IMG/VR virus record: IMGVR_UViG_3300044834_000093
Coordinates: 1-51,772 of that record
DNA length: 51,772 nucleotides
Reading direction: 5' to 3' (one strand)
DNA from: a virus
Taxonomy: Duplodnaviria; Caudoviricetes
Below the pieces are notes generated by a model. It was given only the letters and a program-made list of their open reading frames with translations, did no database searches and had not been told where the DNA came from. Shown one piece after another: positions 8,159 through 15,507 of the stretch; within the stretch, counting starts at the first letter, position 1, and every line of letters starts with the position of its first letter. Made by a program: the position numbers and the translations under genes.

Positions 8159-8497
8159 ATGGGTGTCAGGCGTTATTCCAGGAATCCGATTCAGCGCAGG
8201 CGCGAGCAGGCCCTCGATCATCTCCAATGGCGCTGCGGCCTTACCTTCGTCGGCCAGTATGAAAAGCCACCGACCATCGGGGAATTGCTCGATGCCGGCG
8301 TGCTAACGGCGGTGTGGACCTGCCGGAACACGGCCGGCGGGTGCTGGCGTCACAGCGAGCCTTTCTCGCTGTCCCGATTCGGACGTGACGCCTGGGTCCA
8401 TAAGCTGCGCAAGCATTTCGTGTGCAGCGAGTGCGGCACCGGGTATCCCCGGCTCCGGCTCGAGCTCCGGGGGATAGCGCCCGCGACTGGACCGTGA
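8159..8497 (+). CDS. Zinc-ribbon hypothetical protein
   Basis: C-x6-C-x2-H and F.CSECG; start uncertain (8129 or 8159). Confidence 0.6.
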   Translation: MGVRRYSRNPIQRRREQALDHLQWRCGLTFVGQYEKPPTIGELLDAGVLTAVWTCRNTAGGCWRHSEPFSLSRFGRDAWVHKLRKHFVCSECGTGYPRLRLELRGIAPATGP

Positions 8498-8601
8498 ACG
8501 CCGGGCTGGCTATATCGGTGCCTGAAACGGCCTGGATTGAGAAATCTGATTTTGATCTTGGAAAACACTTCCTAATTATCCTTACATTTCAAGTGCTTAT
8601 T

Positions 8602-8675
8602 TGGGGAATAGTTCAACGGTAGAACATCGGACTCTGACTCCGAGAATCTTGGTTCGAATCCAGGTTCCCCAGCCA
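8602..8675 (+). tRNA. tRNA-Gln, anticodon CTG
   Basis: Acceptor TGGGGAA/TTCCCCA, anticodon arm TCGGA-ctCTGac-TCCGA, T-loop GGTTCGAATCC, encoded CCA. Confidence 0.97.
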
Positions 8676-8679
8676 GTAA

Positions 8680-8738
8680 AATCAAAGACTTATGGACTAT
8701 TCACATTCCGGTTAGACAACCCTCTCCTTAAGTTAGAC
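8680..8738 (+). promoter_or_regulatory. att-arm: IHF site and putative integrase arm-type repeats
   Basis: AATCAAAGACTTA (8680-8692) matches WATCAANNNNTTR; GTTAGAC at 8711 and 8732 recurs at 51727 and partially at 51768. Confidence 0.7.
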
Positions 8739-8742
8739 GCCC

Positions 8743-9024
8743 ATGCCCTCTCAATGGCCGATGCAATTCATGGCTGGACTATTCGGTGTGGACCTGCCGC
8801 CCAAGCCACGGCGGCTGTCCATGCCACGTCTCAAGGAGAAGCCGAAACCGCGCAAGGTACGCTGCGACAACTTCAAGCCGGTGCGGGATCGAGTGATGGT
8901 AGGGCAGATGTTGACGGTGCTGAACTCGCTGCCGGATACCAAGCGGCCAAAGATACAGCCGGTTGATGAGGGTTGGTGGTGGGCAGTGATGCGGGATACT
9001 GCTGATATGTCAAAGGAGGCCTGA
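8743..9024 (+). CDS. Basic hypothetical protein
   Basis: ORF whose 3' end carries the AGGAGG RBS of the next gene. Confidence 0.55.
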   Translation: MPSQWPMQFMAGLFGVDLPPKPRRLSMPRLKEKPKPRKVRCDNFKPVRDRVMVGQMLTVLNSLPDTKRPKIQPVDEGWWWAVMRDTADMSKEA

Positions 9025-9026
9025 CC

Positions 9027-9191
9027 ATGGACGCGGAAACAATGAGGGCGCTAGAAGCTGCGGTACGATGCGCCAAGCTGGCGCTGTTCGTTATCCGTAA
9101 GCAAGGCGTAATGCCAAATTCAAGTTGGGAATCCGGCTTCAATGCCGATCTGAAAATTGCGGAGGACGCACTCGCCGCCGCGAAGCGGTGA
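9027..9191 (+). CDS. 54-aa hypothetical protein
   Basis: AAGGAGG RBS; MDAETMRALEAAVRCAKLALF...AEDALAAAKR. Confidence 0.65.
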   Translation: MDAETMRALEAAVRCAKLALFVIRKQGVMPNSSWESGFNADLKIAEDALAAAKR

Positions 9192-9558
9192 TGCGGGAGC
9201 GGCGCGAGGTATGAAAAATCTTCCAGCTACGCAACAGCGAGCGCTTGACGGGGAAATTATCCCGCCACCCGACCAATGGCGCGATCAGGAAGACCGCTAT
9301 GGCGTTGGAGATTATGTGACACGCTGCGGAACCGATGTTCATCAGGTTGTTTCGTTCAACGAGCCCGATGGGCATTGCGGAGAATTTCTTTGTGTGAAAG
9401 CGCCGTTGGCACAGCCTACTGAAGATCCTTGGATTAAGGTTGGCGAAACAGAAAACAACTTATCCAGGCGCTACTCGCCCGTTGTCTGGAAACCAGGAAT
9501 GGAGTTTCCAGAAGAGATCGACCGACATCCGCCAAAAGAAGCGGTGATGCGGGAGCGG
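9182..9558 (+). repeat. 21-bp direct repeat pair flanking a gene
   Basis: GAAGCGGTGATGCGGGAGCGG at 9182-9202 and 9538-9558; partial copy at 8983-8996. Confidence 0.9.
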
Positions 9559-9567
9559 AGGGGATGA
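9211..9567 (+). CDS. Hypothetical protein
   Basis: GAGGT before ATG 9211. Confidence 0.65.
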   Translation: MKNLPATQQRALDGEIIPPPDQWRDQEDRYGVGDYVTRCGTDVHQVVSFNEPDGHCGEFLCVKAPLAQPTEDPWIKVGETENNLSRRYSPVVWKPGMEFPEEIDRHPPKEAVMRERRG

Positions 9568-9592
9568 CGAACAACCAACAGAGGACAATATA

Positions 9593-9856
9593 ATGAACTT
9601 TTCTGACGCTGAGAAATTAAGCCGCCCGATACAAGAAGTTGAACGGCTGGATCGCGAGATCGTCCATCTAAACCAGGCCGATCAGCAAGGTAGCAACTTC
9701 ATACCTGGGATGTTTTCGAGCGAAATAGACCCAGGTCCATCGTTAGAAAACGCTCAGAAAATACGGGAAATTCTGAGAGTCGATGCGCAACAAAAACGCC
9801 AAGCGGCACTAGCTGAACTCACGCGCCTGGGTGTTGATGTTAAAGCTGCCGCGTGA
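9593..9856 (+). CDS. Hypothetical helical protein
   Basis: GAGGA RBS, GTGA coupling to the next gene. Confidence 0.65.
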   Translation: MNFSDAEKLSRPIQEVERLDREIVHLNQADQQGSNFIPGMFSSEIDPGPSLENAQKIREILRVDAQQKRQAALAELTRLGVDVKAAA

Positions 9857-10125
9857 CGCGCAAGCCCGCACAAAAGAAACCCACCGGCTGGAATCGTCCA
9901 CTCGCCTATCCGCTAGAGCTGAGAGACGGACACGAGATTGAAACCATGAAGCAGGCGGCAGGCCTGATCACCAAGCGGCTGCCGAAGGCGAGGCAGGAAA
10001 AGCCGGTGTGGCAATATGCCCGCGAACTTCTGACGCAGGCGCACAAAAGCGGCAAGCGCGAGGACGTGAGAGCCGCGACCGATCAACTGCACCGAGCTTT
10101 GATCTTTGAAGGATGGATGACGTAA
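9853..10125 (+). CDS. Hypothetical protein, paralogue of 7328..7600
   Basis: Near-identical translation. Confidence 0.75.
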   Translation: MTRKPAQKKPTGWNRPLAYPLELRDGHEIETMKQAAGLITKRLPKARQEKPVWQYARELLTQAHKSGKREDVRAATDQLHRALIFEGWMT

Positions 10126-10135
10126 GGAACAGGAA

Positions 10136-10336
10136 ATGGCAGACATCGAAAAAGAAAATGAAAATTTGCGCCACGCACTAGCTGAGGCGCTAAAAGTTAT
10201 CCACCATTTTTTTGGACTGACGGAAGGTGAGATGAAAGCCGCCCTTGACGATGCGGCAACAAATCCAGATTTCAGCCCTCACGATCATGATCGCTGGAGC
10301 AAAATCGCATACCCAAAAACTGAGACAGCGACATGA
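10136..10336 (+). CDS. Hypothetical protein inserted between two paralogous genes
   Basis: AAGGA RBS; absent from the left-hand copy. Confidence 0.65.
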   Translation: MADIEKENENLRHALAEALKVIHHFFGLTEGEMKAALDDAATNPDFSPHDHDRWSKIAYPKTETAT

Positions 10337-10698
10337 CCCCACTGGAACAGGTCAAGATACTGGCTGATGCGTTGCGACAGATCGGAGCTATCGCGGTCGA
10401 GACGGGCGCCGACGCAATGCCCGCGCTTCTGGAAGCCCAGCGGATAGCGGACGAGGGGTTGGAACGGGCGGGTATGCAGGTGGCGGAAGGGATGATGATG
10501 AACTGGAAACCAATAGAAACGGCGCCCAAAAACGGAACAGTTATCCTAGGCTGCCAGGGAAACGGAGACGACTATCAGGTTTTTGAAATGGTGTGGGGCG
10601 ATTGGAACGGGGGTATAGAATGGCGCGATCCACGGTACGACGGCGCTTACACGCCGACGTATTGGCAACCAAGACCTGAGCCACCAACGAACAAATAA
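10333..10698 (+). CDS. Fusion of 51-aa module with a DUF551-like domain
   Basis: WKPIETAPK.G..IL and PT.W.P.P.PP motifs. Confidence 0.75.
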   Translation: MTPLEQVKILADALRQIGAIAVETGADAMPALLEAQRIADEGLERAGMQVAEGMMMNWKPIETAPKNGTVILGCQGNGDDYQVFEMVWGDWNGGIEWRDPRYDGAYTPTYWQPRPEPPTNK

Positions 10699-10790
10699 AA
10701 AAGGCCCCGCCGTTTCCAGCGGAGCCTTAAGTTCGTGGCTTGCACCACGGGGAGGCTCGGCCCGAACAATGACGGACAGCCGAGATTGGA
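10697..10790 (-). ncRNA. Candidate suhB/MmgR-like small RNA ending in an intrinsic terminator
   Basis: Minus strand: hairpin, CCTCCCC, hairpin, AACTT, GC-rich stem, T6. Confidence 0.4.
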
Positions 10791-10813
10791 GGGGCGCTAG
10801 GTGCGCGCCGAAG

Positions 10814-11116
10814 CTATTTGATCTGACCGTTTGTGATAAATCCGTGCCAAAGGCCGCCGGGGCTCCCGTCCAATGATGGCGTGACAGTCATCGTTTCAAA
10901 GTCGGCAGCGTCTATGCCTCCGGCAATCACCCAAGTAGCATCCGGGTTGCAGCCCTGCACGTCATCGTCGCCAAATAAATCCCATTGCACCTGCCGAGGC
11001 GGCGGGTGGGGAAAACAACTTTGGCGCCATTTATTGTTGGTCGGACTGACAAACGTAAATCCGACACGCTTGCCGTCTTGAATCAACCACTTTGGATCGA
11101 GGTCTAGGAGGCGCAT
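10814..11116 (-). CDS. DUF6527-like protein
   Basis: C-terminal T.TPSL......WHGFITNG pattern. Confidence 0.6.
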   Translation of the reverse strand: MRLLDLDPKWLIQDGKRVGFTFVSPTNNKWRQSCFPHPPPRQVQWDLFGDDDVQGCNPDATWVIAGGIDAADFETMTVTPSLDGSPGGLWHGFITNGQIK

Positions 11117-11123
11117 CTGACGA

Positions 11124-11630
11124 TCAATTCATCGCCATTCGCGAAGCCTGCGGATCAACAATAGCGTAGCCAGCTATACTGCGCGCGTGATAGCGGCTCT
11201 GATGTCCTCCGCTGTTGTAATCATTGACCATCCAGACAGTTCCTTCGACGTGCTCTTTCAGCACGAAAACATGGCCCGGGCGGACAGCGACCATACCGCG
11301 AGCCGGAGTAGTGCGAGGAAAGCGATACCAAGCGGACGATGGCCAAAGGTCGCGAAGGCATTTTCCAAACACGTCATAAGCTGCGCCGCAGCCACAGAAC
11401 TGACGGCCAGGGCAGCATGACGGATGCGGGAGGTACATAACCTCACTGGGTGCTTTACTTTTTCGGCCAGAATGCACATGACGCTTTAAGGGCTGCGCCA
11501 ACTTGCCTGTTTGCGCCTGCTCCCGCCCATACATAGAGCCGCCATCATCCGGTTTTGCGAATGCAGGAGCCGCAAAGCTGACCATAAGAATAGCCAGCAG
11601 CGCAGCGCAAAGCGTGCGCCATGCCGTCAT
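11124..11630 (-). CDS. Secreted CHAP/NlpC-like putative peptidoglycan hydrolase
   Basis: Signal peptide, FCGCGA, VAVRPGHVFV, DYNSGG. Confidence 0.6.
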   Translation of the reverse strand: MTAWRTLCAALLAILMVSFAAPAFAKPDDGGSMYGREQAQTGKLAQPLKRHVHSGRKSKAPSEVMYLPHPSCCPGRQFCGCGAAYDVFGKCLRDLWPSSAWYRFPRTTPARGMVAVRPGHVFVLKEHVEGTVWMVNDYNSGGHQSRYHARSIAGYAIVDPQASRMAMN

Positions 11631-11879
11631 GATTCCCCTCGATGTTTGTGGAAATGTTTACTCTGACAGGCGCGGTGGGCCGCGCTCTATTGTTGTTCAG
11701 TCGAAGTGGCTAAATGGCACCTAATCACTTTTTATTTCACATAACTCCTAGCAAACAGAGCGTCGGTCGCCGCTAAGTCATTGATATGTTCTGCGAGCAA
11801 CAATAGTGCAAAACGCGATGTGCTATGATGCTATTGTTGGTCGGAATAATCCGCCAACGGGCTGTTTGAAAATGTGGAG

Positions 11880-12122
11880 ATGAAAATGACGCATTATCCA
11901 GTGGGCGGACCTCGTGAGCGGGTCTATGATCTAATGCGCAAACTTGGCTTATCGGAATCCAAGTGGTCTGATAAGTTTTGGCGAAGCGCGGACGGGATCG
12001 AGGTTTCAATCTTCGGTGCTGGCTCTATGGCTCGCATATCGCTTGCTGGCGTATCACAGGGCGAATGCGAATTAGACAAGCTTGGAGAGCGTATCGATAT
12101 GCTCCGGGTGCCAGTAGCCTAA
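11880..12122 (+). CDS. Antisense moron, hypothetical protein
   Basis: GGAG RBS, own terminator; start uncertain. Confidence 0.6.
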   Translation: MKMTHYPVGGPRERVYDLMRKLGLSESKWSDKFWRSADGIEVSIFGAGSMARISLAGVSQGECELDKLGERIDMLRVPVA

Positions 12123-12127
12123 CAACA

Positions 12128-12168
12128 ATGCCGCGCTCTGGAGAAAAACCTTGAGCGCGGCATTTTTT
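12128..12168 (+). terminator. Intrinsic terminator
   Basis: AATGCCGCGCTC...GAGCGCGGCATT followed by a T-run. Confidence 0.75.
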
Positions 12169-12184
12169 CGCGGCTTTTCTTTGC

Positions 12185-12343
12185 CTACAACGCCCCGATC
12201 AACACCAAGATCAAAACCACAATCAGCAAAGTGCCGATCAGCCCGGACGGGCCGTAACCCCATTGCGCGCTGTGCTGCCAAGTCGGGAATGCACCGAGCA
12301 GGATCAGAATGAGCAGGATGACGAGAAGCGTACCGAGTGACAT
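12185..12343 (-). CDS. DUF3309 family small membrane protein
   Basis: LG.LL.ILLILILLGAFPTW.HS..WGYGPSG signature. Confidence 0.9.
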   Translation of the reverse strand: MSLGTLLVILLILILLGAFPTWQHSAQWGYGPSGLIGTLLIVVLILVLIGAL

Positions 12344-12345
12344 AG

Positions 12346-12888
12346 CTATCCCTCTTTCTTTCTTAGAGCATTGATTGCAAGCGATCCGGTGGCGATCAAA
12401 AACATAAGCCCAGCAACAATCCACCCAATGAGATCACCGATCCCCGCCCCACGGCCGCCGGTTTCCCACCGGAACTGTTCCTGCTTTGCCATGCGCTCGG
12501 ATAGGTCGGTCTTGACCTCGCGGAGCTGGGTGGCGAGCAGCAGGGACTTTTCGTCGACGCTGGCCTTCAGGATACGGGCTAGTTCAAGGTCGAAAAGCTG
12601 CTTTTGCTGTGCTAGCTCGTTGATGCGGCGGGTCTCGGCCTCGCGGATTGCACTGTGCAGGCGCGTTTCGGCTTCCCGCGCGGCGTTCTGAAACTTGGCC
12701 TCCGCAGATCGCAGGTCGTCCTGCCGCTTCGCCTCTGCGGCATTGAGCGCTTTGACGTTCTCGGTCGGGTCAACGACGGCTCCACCGCGTCCATCAACGC
12801 CTACGCCAGGACGCTGTTCTTGTGACGATGCAGGAATAATCGTCAGCGCCAAAGACAGTAGAATCGTCCCCACCACATGCAGCTTCAT
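12346..12888 (-). CDS. Exported coiled-coil protein with C-terminal TM
   Basis: Signal peptide, DPTENV..L, coiled coil, GGRGAG linker, TM. Confidence 0.7.
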   Translation of the reverse strand: MKLHVVGTILLSLALTIIPASSQEQRPGVGVDGRGGAVVDPTENVKALNAAEAKRQDDLRSAEAKFQNAAREAETRLHSAIREAETRRINELAQQKQLFDLELARILKASVDEKSLLLATQLREVKTDLSERMAKQEQFRWETGGRGAGIGDLIGWIVAGLMFLIATGSLAINALRKKEG

Positions 12889-12898
12889 CTTTGATGTC

Positions 12899-13249
12899 CT
12901 ATTTGAGATGCACATGCGCGACGATCCACGCCCACAAATCTTTGAGGATGAAACCGATCACGACGAAGATGACCGCTCCGACGCCGGTGAGCACGATCAG
13001 AGCGCCACTGACGTTTTGTCGAAGCTTCACCCAATCCGCGACCTTCGGCTCCATCGTTTCGACTTTGGTCGTGACCGTCCTTATTGAGTTGTTCGCGCGC
13101 AACAATTCGATGCCGAGCTTTTCCAGCTTCTCGTGAATTTCCTTGCGCGATTTGTCACCTTTTCCGATTGCATCTAAGACCGCCGCCATCTGTGCCTTGA
13201 GCCCGCCGAGGTCTTCTCGGATGTCATCTAGATTCACCCTTGGCGGCAT
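12899..13249 (-). CDS. Coiled-coil + C-terminal TM lysis-region protein (DUF1515-like)
   Basis: Architecture and position; start uncertain. Confidence 0.6.
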   Translation of the reverse strand: MPPRVNLDDIREDLGGLKAQMAAVLDAIGKGDKSRKEIHEKLEKLGIELLRANNSIRTVTTKVETMEPKVADWVKLRQNVSGALIVLTGVGAVIFVVIGFILKDLWAWIVAHVHLK

Positions 13250-13406
13250 TGCATCTCTCTGGTAAAGTTCGATCTGCGACATAGCCATGAGGGCAGAAAA
13301 TGTTCGCAATCATCAGCGAGAATCCGCTTACCTTCGTCGTTGTTCTGATACTAGGCTTGCTCGCTGGCGCGTGGCTGGTGAAGAGATCGAAGCGACCGAA
13401 CGGGCA

Positions 13407-13940
13407 TTAGCTGTCCTTCGTTGCCACTTTCGCAATCATCGACGTGAGCTGGTCGGACTTCTCGGCAGAACCGCGCGACGATCCGAACTCGAAGTTGAAG
13501 GCTTGGGTCAGCATGGTGGCTAGATTGCCCACAAGCCCGCCAAGGATAGCGGCGATGCCATCCGGCATGTCCTGGCGATAAAAGATGATGCCCAGAACGA
13601 TCACGATGATCGCAACAAAATTGCCGATTAGCATCACATTGGCGCGCGCATTGGTCCCACCCGAGAGCTTGCGCACCTCTACGTCTCGCCCGCGCGCGCT
13701 GATGGTGTCTTCCACCTGAATACGGTATTGCTCGGTGTCGGCTTGCAGCTTTGCTTTGAAGCGATCCGCCTTGCTGGCGTCGGCTGCGATCTGGGCCTGT
13801 ATTTCACCTGGATCGTCGGTGCCGAATATTTCCTTGGCCGCATTGACCACAGTTTCAGTGACGCTTTGCGCCTTGCTGCCGAGCAACATTCCGGCGATGG
13901 AAGGAACAAGATTGGCCGCGAGGCCGAGCAGTGCGAGCAT
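13407..13940 (-). CDS. Holin-like membrane protein
   Basis: D..SAR.R motif, two TM, F.FGSSRGS; follows the endolysin. Confidence 0.65.
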   Translation of the reverse strand: MLALLGLAANLVPSIAGMLLGSKAQSVTETVVNAAKEIFGTDDPGEIQAQIAADASKADRFKAKLQADTEQYRIQVEDTISARGRDVEVRKLSGGTNARANVMLIGNFVAIIVIVLGIIFYRQDMPDGIAAILGGLVGNLATMLTQAFNFEFGSSRGSAEKSDQLTSMIAKVATKDS

Positions 13941-13952
13941 TGGTATTCCCCT

Positions 13953-14609
13953 TTAGGCTTGCAAACTTTTCCAGGTGTAAGAACCGACCACACCGTCAGC
14001 CACCAAGCCTTTGCTTGTTTGATAGTTGATGACGGCAGCCAGCGTAGCGGTGCCAAATTCCTCATCTACTTTGAGCACAGCACCGTGCTTGTTCAGCAGC
14101 ACTTGCAGCCGCGCTACATCGGCGCCGGTTGCGCCTTTGCGGAGGATGGGAAAGGCTGCAGCCGGTGGCGCTGATACGGCAACAGCCGCCGGATTGAGCG
14201 TCAGCACCCAAGGCACCACGGAGTCATAAAGCGCCCGCTCCGGCCTGACCGAGATATGGACATGGTGATCGTGTGGATTCGTGCCGCTGTAAGCCCGCCA
14301 AGACCAACCATGATCGAAGCTGGCAATCTTGCGATTGGAGATGATGTATTTGATTCGACTGTCACGCGAGGCGCGCAGCATTTCGGCCAATTCTTCCGAA
14401 ACAATGCCGTGCGCCGGGTCGTTGGTGATGTCGATTGCCGATACCACCCCCACGCCGTCTTCATCCTTGAACCACGGATTGTGATCCGAGCTACGCGAGG
14501 CGTGCGCCTCGTCGCCTATCGAGCCGTCATTTTCCTTGTTCCGGTTCGGGGAGATAGCGTTGATCTGATTGCGTAGCTGAATAAGGCTCTTAGCCAGACG
14601 CCATGTCAT
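13953..14609 (-). CDS. Endolysin: Zn-peptidase (M15/LAS-like) + C-terminal peptidoglycan-binding domain
   Basis: SDHNP, AIDI, HVHIS; LRKG..G.DV..LQ..L...DGVVG..TW. Confidence 0.8.
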   Translation of the reverse strand: MTWRLAKSLIQLRNQINAISPNRNKENDGSIGDEAHASRSSDHNPWFKDEDGVGVVSAIDITNDPAHGIVSEELAEMLRASRDSRIKYIISNRKIASFDHGWSWRAYSGTNPHDHHVHISVRPERALYDSVVPWVLTLNPAAVAVSAPPAAAFPILRKGATGADVARLQVLLNKHGAVLKVDEEFGTATLAAVINYQTSKGLVADGVVGSYTWKSLQA

Positions 14610-14768
14610 GGAGCGTTTCTCCCGAAAGATGGAGTGGTTGCAGCGGCTAGTTTCCGCTTCCCGAGGGTTGCGGTTGTGTGATAGGAAAGGCGCAACTAGC
14701 GGAGACGGCGATGCGCGCCGAATGCAGCGCTCAAATGGAGGGCGCGCCTAAAACAAGGAAGTCTCAAA

Positions 14769-15161
14769 ATGAAATTAGTTGTCGCAGGACTTATGTCGGC
14801 GCTCGTTATCTCACCGGTTGCTGCAAGAGCATCGTGTGCCCAAGCCGATTTGGCGGGCTCGTGGAAATTCTATAGAAACCAGGGCAAAGAATGGGAACGC
14901 TGCAATTTTGTGGTGAAAAATGGGGGGGTATTTGAACCCGGCGGTTCTTGCAGTTTTTCTTTTGACGCAACACCGATGCAAATAAGCAAAGGTCTAGCTA
15001 AACTTACGTCTCCTGCAGACTGTACATTTACTGCTCGGTTCGCGGTCGACGGGCATGTAACTGAAATCGTAGATGCAACACTTTCTTACGACAAGCATAC
15101 GGCTGCAGGCGTTGGCAATCAGTCAATATCGGAATTCATTTTTACGATGTTGAAGATGTAG
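14769..15161 (+). CDS. Secreted beta-rich moron protein
   Basis: AAGGA RBS, signal peptide, 4 Cys, antisense to late genes, lower GC. Confidence 0.75.
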   Translation: MKLVVAGLMSALVISPVAARASCAQADLAGSWKFYRNQGKEWERCNFVVKNGGVFEPGGSCSFSFDATPMQISKGLAKLTSPADCTFTARFAVDGHVTEIVDATLSYDKHTAAGVGNQSISEFIFTMLKM

Positions 15162-15477
15162 GAATAGTAGACACCGCAGCGTCGACCTTAAATGCCTTGA
15201 CAACATCCGGCGTGTGTTCGTTTTTTACAATCTTACGTACACGCGCCCAATCGCTATCCGAGACTTTTGCTTCGCCCATACCTGCTAGATGCGAGTCAAC
15301 GGCACTCGCTTGCGCCTCTGCATTAATACCTGGTTCAAATAAGGCGCGCCGCGCCATTCCGACGACAATACCTTATCGCCCTCAATGATTTGTTTTGCCA
15401 ACCGAACCTGCACTATACCGTTGCGCCTAATCTCAATTTGATCAACAATTGTTTGCCGTTCAATGCCTATAATTCAT
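15142..15477 (-). pseudogene. Frameshifted tail-fibre-associated protein
   Basis: IERQTIVDQIEIRRNGIVQVRLAKQIIEGDKVLSSEW continues as RALFEPG..AQ..AVDSHL..MG in another frame near 15350; ATG 15477 is out of frame. Confidence 0.65.
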
Positions 15478-15507
15478 ACTGTCCTGTGTTGCGGATTTTC
15501 TACTTTG

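Larger units (their letters stand above)
1..8601. mobile_element. Distal (cargo + lysis) end of a prophage extending left of the window
   Basis: Plus-strand endolysin/holin/spanin cassette, moron-like cargo, accessory genes shared with the right prophage, IHF-like site abutting the tRNA; no host housekeeping genes. Confidence 0.8.

Noticed and set aside
8601-8966. 121-aa ORF starting at the tRNA
   Set aside because: Translation of the tRNA and att arm, not a gene
8983-9558. CRISPR array
   Set aside because: Only 2-3 copies, gene-sized irregular spacers, no cas genes
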